This document shows positions 1 through 11,900 of a stretch of DNA of 64,000 nucleotides, piece after piece (within the stretch, counting starts at the first letter, position 1; every line of letters starts with the position of its first letter). The position numbers were made by a program, and so were the translations under genes. The stretch covers positions 4,092,001 through 4,156,000 of the forward strand of contig CM035354.1 in the NCBI GenBank assembly GCA_020137815.1, written 5' to 3'. The DNA comes from Hormiphora californensis. Its lineage: Eukaryota; Animalia; Ctenophora. The notes beneath the pieces were generated by a model. That model saw nothing but the letters and a program-made list of their open reading frames with translations. It was not told where the DNA came from and ran no database searches.

Positions 1-62
1 AATTCGTTAATCAGAGTCATCAGGTTTTCTATCACCATATAATTGATGTCCCATTTGTTTAG

Positions 63-345
63 TACCATGACTCTTGATGGGGATATTGCTGTGTTTGAGG
101 AAAAAGTAGTTGAGGTGAGAAAGAATCTCAAAATCCCAGATTTCTCACTTATTAATCCTAATCCTTATCCCTCTCGCTCGCTCCTTATCCTAACTCCCTT
201 ATTGTTCACTCCTAACTCCACTCTCTTCTAACAGGCAGATAAGCGTGTCTCAAATGAGGAAGATAGCATTCTATCGCTGATGGAGAAGACTAGTCACATT
301 GCAAAACAGCTCGACCGATTTGACCGGGATTATGTAAATATCTAA
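63..345 (+). CDS. Last two coding exons (63-114, 235-345) of an unidentified gene starting upstream of the window; coiled-coil-like C-terminus
   Basis: tttag|63 ... GAG|gtgaga at 115; ctaacag|235 ... TAA 343-345; spliced peptide TMTLDGDIAVFEEKVVE-ADKRVSNEEDSILSLMEKTSHIAKQLDRFDRDYVNI* stays in phase. Confidence 0.55.
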
Positions 346-473
346 CGTGTGTCTAACATGTCCACAATGATGTACACTGATGTAAAAACAATGCTGTACA
401 GACTGATCTTTATTCCAGATTATTCCAGATTATACTATTTTGATTCACACCAAAATCTACAGAGTGTTGACTA

Positions 474-1124
474 TTTTTTCCCTGCCCGGGTGATTGCCGA
501 AGGCAATCACCCGGGATGATTTTTTTAGCACGCACGTGCTAAAAAGATCATTCAGGGTTTAGAAATCAGCAGATTGTGTAGTTAACTAAAAGTGTCCGTC
601 CGTCACGGACAACGCCTAACAACAAGTCTGCTCCTTCATAAAACTTTCATCTCACGCTTCGGTGATTCAACAAAGGAAATGATTAACACACATTGTGGCG
701 TGCAATTACTCGCTGATAGCACTTCCCAAGTTCCCACTATTACCTGAAATAACTTTGGGCGCCCTACAGCCATACTATGAAGTGATAGAATGTCTTCCAA
801 GCATAAAACTACTGTCACACTAGTGACTCGAGTTGAGATGCGGTTAAAGTTGAAGCACTTGGTAACCAACTGGGGTCTCCTAAGCAACTGCCTTAGTTGC
901 CATAGCAACTGTCCTGGTTACCATAGCAACTGATTTGGTTACCATAGCAACTGCTTTGGTTGCCATAGCAACTTACCTAGTTACCAACATCGCATCAGCC
1001 AAAAAATGCTCTTTGAGCACAAAATTCATCAGGAAATCCAGTTTTGAAGCTTATTCATCAATTTTAAATCCATTTGTGGCAGGGAAACACCGCATTATGA
1101 ATACATAATGCAATAATTCTTGTT
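474..1124 (+). mobile_element. Non-autonomous Helentron-associated element (HINE/DINE-1-like)
   Basis: Subterminal inverted repeats TTTCCCTGCC (477-486)/GGCAGGGAAA (1078-1087); perfect 14-bp hairpin with GAA loop at 485-515; GTCC microsatellite near 595-603; 3' hairpin GCATTATG-aata-CATAATGC (1092-1111) just after the 3' subTIR; T-rich ends; internal 21-bp tandem array. Confidence 0.7.
875..972. promoter_or_regulatory. Array of five RFX X-box-like motifs at 21-bp period
   Basis: GTCTCCTAAGCAAC (875), GTTGCCATAGCAAC (896), GTTACCATAGCAAC (917), GTTACCATAGCAAC (938), GTTGCCATAGCAAC (959); four match the X-box consensus GTNRCC-N0-3-RGYAAC, the first is a near match. Function untested. Confidence 0.55.
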
Positions 1125-1603
1125 ATAACCTCCGAAGTTGAAATATATGTTTTATGATCAAATATGCTATTGAGTAAACCGTGTGTCGCCGTCTTGCAGA
1201 TTTTACCCCATCATATACTATATGCGATCTCATGATTTGTCCAATCTTTTCCACCTTTTCCTTTATCTCACATCGTCTCCCTTTTCCCTGCTCAACGCAA
1301 CAGTTTACTTCCCCATTGAGATGGCTAACACATCTCTCTGCTCATTTCCAAAAAGGTTGTGAGTTTGTTTTGTTTCGTAGAAATATACCTAATACCGACC
1401 CCTCCCACAGTCCACACATCCGTTTATCACCTTCATATCCCTCCCCCTGACAGTAGTTTATAACCTCCCCACCCCATCCCATAGTACAGCAGTATAGTTT
1501 GTTATGAGCGTATGATATCGATGAACGCACTAATCCCCGCCCAACTCCGCCGGTCACGCAGCGCCGACCGCCGCAACAACAACATCCAACACAGTGATGA
1601 TCC

Positions 1604-3300
1604 ATGACTTCAGACTCGGACCTTCTCGAGGATGATACTGCAGACATGAGTGAGAGCTATGACCAACTTCGGCCGGACCACCATGTTCTTCAATCAGCGA
1701 CAACAACTCAGAGTGTCTCCTCCGGAACTTTTTCATGAACCCTTTTGAGAAGTATGCAGTTCGAGGGAAGTTCCCTTTCAAGCTCACATTTCACGTCCTA
1801 AAACTGATCTGTTTGACAGTCCCTGTTGGTCTTCTTTGGTCAGGACAAGTTCCAGCTCCGTAGGATTATCAGCTCCTACAAGAACAGTCTCGGGATACAT
1901 CCTGGTGCGAGATTACAGTGTCAGCTAGTACTGGTAGATATCGAGTATCCAGAGATACATACCCACCGGGAACTTCACGAGACTCTATCCTACTCCCTCG
2001 TTAACTTCTTCAACCTGACTGAAAATGCATCTGGGTGTCTTTGGGTTCAATATTGATAACGGTACAGACATTGTCCTGCCCAAGATGTGTGTCGAAAGTT
2101 TCTCAGGGACCAATGTTGACATGGCAACGTGGAGTTACACTTTTATAGAAAATGTAACGACCGACATGTTTTGACTATGGACTTGTACTAATCCTGACTC
2201 GGAGGGTGTGTGAGGATAGGGTGGCAGGCGAGTTTACCAGACTCCTACGATGGATTTATGGGTTATCACGCTAACATTCTCTATTCGCTCCATCTTCCTA
2301 TCCCTAAAATCCCGACCAAAGTGTGTCGTCCTGGAGCCAGTTCTCTCCCTTTTGAACGAGGTCCTCTCTGGAACAGTTTCCAGTTCCTTTGAGCTGGGGT
2401 ACGACGAGGTGAAATGTAACGACAACTCCACCTACCACCCTAGCAGCAGTCTAGCAGCAATTAGAGCCGCATCTGGGTCAAGTTATTCTGGATGGAAGTG
2501 TGATCTGTCTGTCTCTCATCACCTGTTTACTTGTGTTGAAGCGCCTCAAACGGACCTGGAATTTGTTCCAGGAAGTACGGACATTTTACAGTTTCCACTA
2601 TAACCGCCGTTTGACATGGGCTGAAATTGGGGTCTTCTGCAATGGCTGGGATTTCTTTAGCGTCTTTGCGGATATCCTCATATTCTGTGGGGTGATCTTC
2701 AAACTCCTCCTCGATTCTGGGGTTGATAAACATCTGGATATAACTGCTGTACTGGTTGGTAGTGCTGTGGCAATCAACTGGGTGCTAGCCCTCCGATTCC
2801 TCTCATTCGACAAGGGCTACTACATTCTAGTGCTCACTATCTCGGTAGCCGCACCCAATGTCCTCCGACTACTGATCTGCATCCTCGCCATCTACCTGGG
2901 CTATGTGTTCTGCGGATGGGTCGTGTTCGGACCATATATGGTAAAGTTCAACAGCCTCGTCCAGGCCTCTGATACCCTGTTTGCCATGTTGAATGGAGAT
3001 GAGCTCCTTGACACATTTATGATGGTGGAACGAGGCAATACTCTCCTGTTTGTGTTCTCCAAAATCTACTTTTACTCCTTCATAATTCTCTTCATCTATG
3101 TTATTCTGTCCGTCATGATTTCCCTGATTGGTGATGCCATGGTTGCTGCCCAGTCAGCGGTAAAGACTGGTATGGGACACTGGCTGGTTGAGGGCAGGGT
3201 GTTTCCAGAGTTGGAGTTGGGGTCAACCAACACATCTCAACCACCCAGCCCACTGATCCGATCTGGTCAGAACTTGAACAACACACAAAACAGGTTGTGA
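1604..3300 (+). CDS. MCOLN: Mucolipin / TRPML cation channel, intronless, several single-base frameshifts in the 5' half
   Basis: LRNFFMNPFEKYAVRGKFPFKLTFHVLKLI matches the TRPML N-terminal FFMxPxxK..RxxxPxKL motif; ORF 2500-3300 has NGW, LRFLSFD, APNVLR, GWVVFGPY, pore LFAMLNGDE and YFYSFIILFIYVILSVMISLI. Confidence 0.9.
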
Positions 3301-3824
3301 GCGGTGATTTGAAAAACACAGACAAAAAAGGTTGCAAGTTGTGTGACAGTTGTTGAGTCCGAGTTTGTATTTTGTGGGTCCACTCGTTATTATTTTTCCG
3401 GCTTTTTCATTCAACAATTTAGATTAGTTTAAGTTGATGAATATTATGATATTGGTGCGTGTGTCATTTATACAGTACATGGTTTGTGTGAGAAGTTTTG
3501 CAGTTAAACAACAAGATAATAAAGATACAGTTTTGGTAGTTGTAAAATCAAATACTAGATATTTTATAATTACATTCTCTCTTGTAAAAATAAAATGACT
3601 GTGTCATTTGAATATAAATTAATAATAAAGTACTACAACACTGTATCATAAACGTTCCACAATAATCGGAAACTGGGTCGCTACCATCTGCAATCGGATA
3701 GACTGAATAGTACACTGCCTCACTCACTAAAATCACAATCCCATTACAGGAGTCTTATTTGATATAATGCTGCATCGTGTTCAACTGTTAGAGCTGATGA
3801 GATATCGAACAGGAGATCAGAGTT

Positions 3825-4917
3825 TTAGCACTTCATCAGTCTGGCCATGCTGGTTGAATGATCAATGCCCATCTTCTGTTTCACAGTCCTCCGTTTATTC
3901 TGAAACCAGTACATAACCGTCTTCTCAGGTAGGCCCGTAGTGGCGCTCAGCCTCCGTTTCCCCTCGGTGGAAAGATATGAATACTTCTCGTACCACTGCT
4001 CTAACACTGCAACGTTCTCCTTTCCAATATCATGTCGGAGTCGTGGTCTCTTGGACTTCAGGCGTTCCCGGGATTCATCAATCATTTCCCGTGTAAGGAG
4101 GACCTTGGTGTTCTCATCGGTGGGTAGGGGCCTTTTCCGGGATTGCGGGGGTGGTGTAGTTGACAGTTGTTGGGGGAACAGAGGGGAGGAGGAAGAGGGA
4201 GGGGGTGTTGCCCGGCTAGGAGTTCTACAGGTGTTGTTCACAATTCCTCGAGGTGGTGTTGAGAGGGTAGAGAAGGCAGCCTGTGTGGGTGGTGTTGCTA
4301 GGGCAGCGGTAAAAGCAGCCTGTGTGGGCGGTGTTGGGAGGAAGACAGCCTGTGTTGGCGGTGTTGGGAGGAAGGCAGCCTGGGTTGAGGACTGTTGTTG
4401 TGTTAGGATTACTGGTGAAATCGTCCTGGTTCCAGCTCCCTCAGGTTTGTTGTATATCGTCCTGTTGCCTTCCTTATTGAACCCGTTGTTCTTGTTGAGA
4501 TCTTTGGAGTTGTTGTTCTTGGTAAGGATGAATTCCCGGAGTTGTTCCTTGGCACTGAGCAGGGGACTTGAGAAGTTTAGCTGAACAGGAGAGGAGATTG
4601 GGGAGGAGAATGCTGATCCTCCTCGCTGTTGCTTGGGAGTCGTGACGTCACGATGTTGTTTTTGGTTTGGAGTAACATTAGGAGTCACGTTAGGAGTCAC
4701 GTTAGGAGTCACATTAGGAGTCACAATAGGAGTCACATTAGGAGTCACACTCCGAGAATGTTGCTGGGTAGTTTGTTGGCCAGGTTTGGTCATCAGTAGA
4801 GACTGTAGAGCAGTCAGAGTCTTGGATTTATCCGCTCCTGCTGTAGCGATGAGAGCCTGTAGCTTGAGCCAGGAACAGAGGATCGATAAGAGGTGGGTTG
4901 CATGGTTCCAGATGCAT
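3825..4917 (-). CDS. Divergent intronless homeobox transcription factor (non-TALE, Q50 homeodomain at C-terminus)
   Basis: ORF 3825-4793 ends in a standard-length HD with L16, Y20, Y25, L34, L40 and WFQNKRR (W48 F49 Q50 N51 R53). Frame is open upstream of 4793; ATG at 4917 joins it if one base near 4865 is removed (MHLEPCNPPLIDPLFLAQLQALIATAGADKSKTLTALQSLL). Confidence 0.85.
4669..4749 (-). repeat. Coding 12-bp tandem repeat (VTPN x~7) in the homeobox gene
   Basis: (TTAGGAGTCACR)n on the + strand; a second ~30-bp coding repeat (PTPPTQAAF) lies near 4277-4385. Confidence 0.9.
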
Positions 4918-5905
4918 TATATTAATAGAGATGTAGTAGAACAGTGAACAGTACAAGTTGGTCTGGTTGTTCTATGGTCTGGTGGAGGTATAATGTACCA
5001 ATCCATCCCCCGCTTGTTGCCCCTCACATGTAATTATTGGGGGAGAGGAATAGAGTATTGTGACAACCAATAATTACATGCCTTGTTAACGTCTTGTCTC
5101 ACCACGTCCCCGCCTTACCAGAGTGACGTAGTCATGTAATTAGGTGTATGACATGTGTAATTAGGCGAGTGATGGTTCCTATTCAGGTGAGGGGAGGTTG
5201 GGTCTAATCAGATATGTGATCTCTATAGTCACCTTGATACACACAACTTGGACTAATCAGGTTCTTATTGAATACACTTCCAATTGGTATGTTTCAATAT
5301 CTTCATACGACCATTTGGGGGCAAGTTGCAGTATCTCACTACCAGCCACTTACCGTGTTACCAAGTATACAGAGTTGTTAAATCAGGTGCACTGCACAAC
5401 AAGTAACAACCTGGTGCACTGCAACTCTGAAATCACGTACCGAACCGCATTGTTATCAGTTGTTATGTCTCACCATAATACTAATTCTCTCTCTCTCTCT
5501 CAGCTGCAGGGTCACGAGGTACACCCCTGGATGGCTTATCTCTCCCAGCCTACCACGTGACAAGCGGATAGAATTACTGATGCAAGGTGGGCTCTATGTG
5601 TTTTACTACTCGTGACCCAGATTTGGGTGCTTTCTCTTGGTGTTTGCTGTTTATGGCACGATAATAAAGATGGCTCCAATAATATTATTTTTTAGACATT
5701 CTTGATATAAACTCTATAGATTCGATTCTAAAATTTAGTTTCGCTACACACTATCATTAAATTACGACAAGTGCCAATTTACAATTTACCACCTGTTTCA
5801 GTCAAATCTCTTTACAACATTTCCTTGACCTTTGTTTGATGTTTGATGTATATCGTTGTAAAATAACGATTAACCCTCAATCCTCCCTCCCCCAGCAGTA
5901 CCAAC

Positions 5906-8900
5906 ATGATACGTGTACTGTTCAGTGCAGCGCTGCTGCTATTGGTACAGGGTGACAGTACCGGTCTGGGTCAAGGCTTCTATCTGCCTGGCCTACCCCT
6001 GATCGAGGACAATGGATCGGGTAAGTTCAATAGCTGAATATTAACTGCAGGCGATCGGGTAGCCGGGGTAATTATAGGTGGTGAGTAGTTAGATCGGAGT
6101 GATATGATACCATTCGGGTTTCAAATCATAGGGTGGGGTAGGTGTCTCAACTCTCATTTCTCTAAATGAGGACCACCCCCCCCCATCTAGATCAAAACTG
6201 ATAAATCCCTCCTTACAGGAAAGAGCATCTTTGATGACATCTCAGAGGAATGTATCAACGCAGTTCCATCCTACATCAACCGAGAGGAGAAGACCCTTTT
6301 TGAAAATACTCAATCCTTCTACAGGTACCAGTTTAGAAGTGATCATGTAACAAACGTGCAGTATATTTTCATACGATCTAAGTTGGTGAAACTCAATTTC
6401 GCGGCAGGCTAAATTTAACATACATTTTCAGTAAGCTAGGTCTGGAGAGTTCCCTGTCAGGGGAGATAACTGATGGGTTCACTCTTGGAGCCTCCCTTCT
6501 TGCAGCTACTAATGCTATTGATAGTAAACATCTGGACGTTAAAGGTAGGGGTTTCAAATGATTAAATTAGGGATTTGGGGCGTGTTTGAAGTGAATTGGG
6601 TTGGACGAAAACCCCTCATGCGAGAGAGTTGTCAAAATTGGAGTGCTGTAAAAGGAGCACACAACTGTGTAATTTGCAATAACTCCAGGTGTCAGTATGG
6701 ATGTCTATGCGGTGACTGGGTTCTGGGAGTTTCTGCCCGACTGTATGACCAGCCTGGATCTTAACCAGGAATTCCTATCTGCCTTTGAAGATCTGCCCGA
6801 GAGTGTAAGTGTCAACTGAGTTGTCTCTCTGACTACCGGGGTTTTCACTCCGCTGGAAATGCTGCAAAGTTGGCCGCAGCTCGCTTTTTTAGGAGCATCC
6901 CCCAATTTTCTCACCTCATCTTCTAACATATTCTAGCACTTCTTCCGGTCCTATAAACACCATTCTTTAGGTTGATGATGCGTCTAAGAAGTCAAGCTGG
7001 TTTGCATACGAGACTTTCCTGAAGATTTACGGTTCCCACATTACTAAGAGGATAACCCACGGATCTAAGCTGACCCGTTATGTGTTCTCCAAATCTAGCG
7101 AGAAAATCTCATCCTCTGATTTCCTTGTCAAGGTACGTTGCCTCCCCCCCCCCCCCAAGTCCCCTGACATAATGATGATGAGCAGTGTTACATTTGCCAT
7201 GTGCAATAAACTATAGTTACACATCTCTATAGATTATAATAATAATAATAATAACTGGAGCTTATATACCGCCCATATTCAACAGTATCAGAGTAATATA
7301 ATTAACACTGAACTGTCAAATCATCAGAGCGGTATATCCTAGGTATAATATATAATGCTTCACACAAAACAACACTGGGTAGAAAAAAAAACGTTTAAAG
7401 TAGACTAATACAGGTGACTATGTAATGGTAACTGAGAAAAATCGGGTCTCATAAACCTGTCGATATAAATTTAACACACTCTATACTCACACCAGCTTGA
7501 AAACAAGGTACTAGGTAATGAAAGCCGAAATGAAATAAAAGGGATGACACCAATCGCCCACGGCCAAGTACCTATACCAGAACCGTGGGAACCTCGCCGA
7601 ATGCCACAGTGAACAGATGAGTCTTTAACCGAGATTTGAAGGTGTCCACATTAGGAATAGATCTTAGTTGGAAGGGAAGTTCATTCCACACCGTTGGCAG
7701 GAACACAGATATCCTCCTCCGTCTTAGCTTTGAGTTAGCATTGATACTGGACATCTTAGGGTGTTTGAGCCTGTAGGGATCAAGAACTCCTGTCATCCGT
7801 GTAGTTCTAGATGCTCCCCAACAATCATCAAGAGGTACCAAATCTTGAAGGTATTCCGGTGCTGTACCGCTGACTATCTTGTAGGCTATTAAGCAAGCTT
7901 TGAAAGTAAGTCTCTGAGTGATCGGAAGAATATGGCACTGCCGGAAGAAATCCATGTAGTCTTCCTGGTGCCCACGGAGGTTATAGATGAAGCGAATACA
8001 GGAATTGAGAACTTTCTGGAGCCCATCCAGGATCTTTTTAGGTAGTCCACAATACAGTATGTTACTGTAATCAATCTTAGATATCACCAACTGCTTTACT
8101 AGCATAATCTTCGTTGAAACATCGAAACATTTGTTCAGTTGCCAGAGATTCCTCAACACCAAGCCACACTGTTTCCGAACGTTGTTGACCTGCCTCTCCA
8201 TTGTCAGATTATGATCCAAAAGAACACCAAGAGTTTTACCATCCGTTCCACTACACTCCGTTGGGTAAATATCTTCTCCTCCAAAGTTGATGACCGGTTC
8301 AAATGACATCTTGCTGATTGAGCTGCTCTTGCCAACTAGAATGAACTCCGTCTTTGCCTCATTGCACTTCAGCCACTGTTCCACCATCCACTTCTTCAGC
8401 TTAGCAAGGCATTCTTCAATGTCCGCCTTCGTCCTCATCCATCCTATAGGGTCCGTGGGTACAAGACTGACATATAATTGGGAGTCGTCTGCATACACCT
8501 TAATCCGTAGTCCATAAGGTTTCACAATGTCCTGTATAGCCTCGATGTAAAGAAGAAACAAAACCGGTCCGAGAAGAGAGCCCTGAGGCACCCCACAGAG
8601 TAATGCCAAGGTTTCAGATAGACAATCCTGTACCGATACCGAGAAAGACCTAGAGCCCAGATAACTCTTAAACCATTGGAGTGGTACACCATCCACACCA
8701 AACCTCTGCTGTAGTACTTTAAGGAGTCCCTCGTGGTCTACTGTGTCAAAGGCAGCGCTCATGTCAAGACATATGAGAGCTACCACATTCCCTTTGTCCA
8801 TTTCACCAAGAAGATCATCAAACATACTAACGAGGAGAGTCTCGCAACTATGCCCAACCCTGTAACCAGACTGGTGCTTTCCGAGAAGAGAGTGACATTG

Positions 8901-11900
8901 GATATAGTCATTAAGTTGTCCCAGAACAACCTTCTCCAGAAGTTTTGAAAGGAATGGTATATTCGATACCGGCCGATAGTTCGTCAGAGCTTCACGATCA
9001 CCATAAGGGTTCTTGATGGTTGGGAAAACAAGTGCCTTCTGAAGTGTCTCCGCTACCGATGATTTTTGAAGGGATTGATTAACCATTGCAGTTAGTACTG
9101 GTGCTAGTTCTCTGACACATTCTTTCACAACAGAAGTAGGTAAGGGGTCAAGGTCGCAGTGCTTGTTAGACATTGACTTGATCACAGATATTATTTCTTC
9201 CTCCTTAACAATTGCAAAATCTGTCCATCTAGGCGTGCAGTCCTCAGTGCCAGTTTCCTCAGAATCCTCATACCTCCCATATTCCTCATACTTCCCGTGT
9301 TCCTCAAAATCCTCAGACTTTTGATGTTCCTCAGAATCCTCATACTTTCCATGTTCCTCAGAATCCTCATACTTTTGCTGTTCCTCCTTAACAAATGTCC
9401 TGATCTTAGTCACTTTTGAATTGAAAAACTGTGAGAAGCTATCCGCTAGTTTCTTACTGTTAGTGGTTTCAGGAAGTATAGTCTCCGTCTTTCCAAGAAG
9501 TCGTTGAAGCTTTCTTTGCAATGCCTTGGGGTCGTCCTTGACTGCTTCTAGGTCATCCTTAATGTACAAAGCCCTCTTCTCCTTATCCATATATCCAAAC
9601 TTCTTCTTAAGCTCACAGAATATCCTCTTCGATTCCCAAGTTCCATGTTTTCGCCAATACCTCTCCGCTTGCCTCCTCTCACGTAGTAAACTTCTGAGTT
9701 CTTCATCCCTCCATGGTTTTACCTTCTTGCCTCTCCTCACTCGTTTCTTCGGCACCCGTTTTTCCACTATACCTTCCAGCCATCTGTACAGATTAATTAT
9801 CGTTTCCTCAGAATCCCTTCCAATCAGCTTATCTGGATCACATCCTCTCAGGTCCTCCTTAAATGCCTCAATATCCATAGATTTGTAGTCTCTGTATTCC
9901 CAATACAAAGACTTTTTTGCACATGAGTTGGCCAGATCAGGCTTTACACTCAACTCAAATTGTACCAGGAAATGATCTGAAGTTGTCCCGTCAGGAAAGA
10001 TGGTCAGGTTTCCAGTTTTCAAGTCTCTCGGAGCCAAAACAAGATCTAGGGTTCCTCCATGTTGATGTGTTGGTTGCAGTGGTACTCGTTGTTCAAGATC
10101 GAACGAGTCTATCAGTTCCAAAAGCCTCCTGGCATAGAAGTTGTTCTTGTCTTGAATCTGGAAGTTAAGGTCACCTGCAATGATAGGGGTGCCCTTGCTT
10201 CATCATGACTTCCGAGAGATAGTCACCAAACTCTGCGAGAAAGGTTGCTTCAGTTAGTCTCGATTTCATAGTGTAGGGAGGACGGTAAATATTACACAAT
10301 CTCTTAGGTTGGTCCCTGTCACTAATAAGAATTTCCTGGACCTGGAACGATTTATAACGTGTTTTCACTGGACACTGCTTGAGCACTAAACCATCACGAA
10401 AGAGAATTCCAATGCCCCCACCTCCTCGCTCTGCCCTTGGGCAGGAATAAATGTTCCAGCCGTTCTCTCTAATCTCCTGTAGTTTTCCAGTATCAGTAGA
10501 CTTCATAAAGGTTTCCTGGACTAGACAAATATCACATCCAGTTTCTTCCAGATGAGAAATGATACCTCCAGTTTTGTTAACAAGTGAACGAACATTTAAC
10601 GTGCCAATCTTCCAAGCCTTTTCCTCAGTAGTTCCTCTCGGGTCCTCGTCAGATAGTGGTTTTTTTCCTCTTTGCTAACAGTCAATGTCCTCTCCATTAT
10701 CCTTGCTCGTTCATTGATGTATGAAGGGCACCACATGCTGGAAGCTGTATGGGTCTTGGCATACTTTCTGTCCTCTCGCGAGCCTCCTACCTCACAGTTG
10801 ACACACTTCATTTTTCCAGTGTCATCTTTCTTCTTCGCATTACAGTCTTTCGTTTGATGTCCACCTGCACAGAAGCAGCAAACTGGGTCTTCCTTCCGAG
10901 GGCAGTACACTGAGCCTGCCATGTGTCCAAAACCTTGACAGTTATAGCACTGTATCACATGATACCTGTTCCTCACCAAGTGTTGCCGAAGACCAATGTT
11001 GATCCTATCCTTCTTGTTCAAGATGATGCGCCGGATCTCTGGAGCTGTCTGGATTACTGCATACCTATCTCTCTTGTTCACAAACACCACCTTCAGGGTC
11101 TTATCCTCATTGAAGAGCTTCTTGATATCCTCATTCTTATCTAAGATCGCAGCCAAGAGAGCATCCTTCTCAAGAAGTTCAGGGTCTAGATCATTAATCG
11201 TAACTTTTGGGTCCAGTTTCTTTGTCTCCTCCGAGAAGAAGGTCAATGAGCATTCTGGAACAAGAGGAGACAGCACTCGTTCTGCTTCTTTCAGTTGGTC
11301 CTCATCCGGAAAATACAACCTGGTGTGATCACTATTGACTCTAGATCTAACCACAGGGACAGTCTTCAGGGCACTTTCTACTTTGGGTTTCACAAATTCC
11401 TTCCACTTTTTTGCACAGAAAGATTCCTCTTCACCTTGGCCTCCTCCGGTGGTTATGTTGACATAATGTTTCATCTCAGGAGTCTCAGGTTCTTCCTGAA
11501 TATCCTTCGGTTTCTCAGCCACACCTTCCAATCCTTCACTCTCTACCACTGGTCTCACCAATGATGAAATGGTACTGATGAGATCCTTCTGAAGCTTCTC
11601 AAACGATTCTCTCAGGTCCATATTGTCCGCAGGAACAGAGTAAGGCGGTGAAGCTGGGATCAGTTTGTAACAAACCTTGAGAATGTCCCACAGCTGAGGT
11701 TTCAAAAGACCCGATGGGCAATTAGTGTCATCCCTCCTAAGACAAATCAACAAATCACTACCTTTATACTTGTCTAATACATCACCTGATAACACATCTT
11801 CAAATTCACTCTTAGTGCTACATCTGTCATATATACTCGTAACGGTCATCCTAAAACACCCGTTGCACGCCGGCCAACAAAAAACTCTTCACAGATTTCA

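Noticed and set aside
875-972. CRISPR-like repeat/spacer look of the X-box array (also the 26.4-27.0 kb and 38.3 kb repeats)
   Set aside because: Spacers are 7 bp, irregular or absent, there are no cas genes, and the context is eukaryotic.
3940-4947. Long + strand ORFs opposite the homeobox gene
   Set aside because: Antisense shadows of low-complexity Pro/Thr coding repeats.
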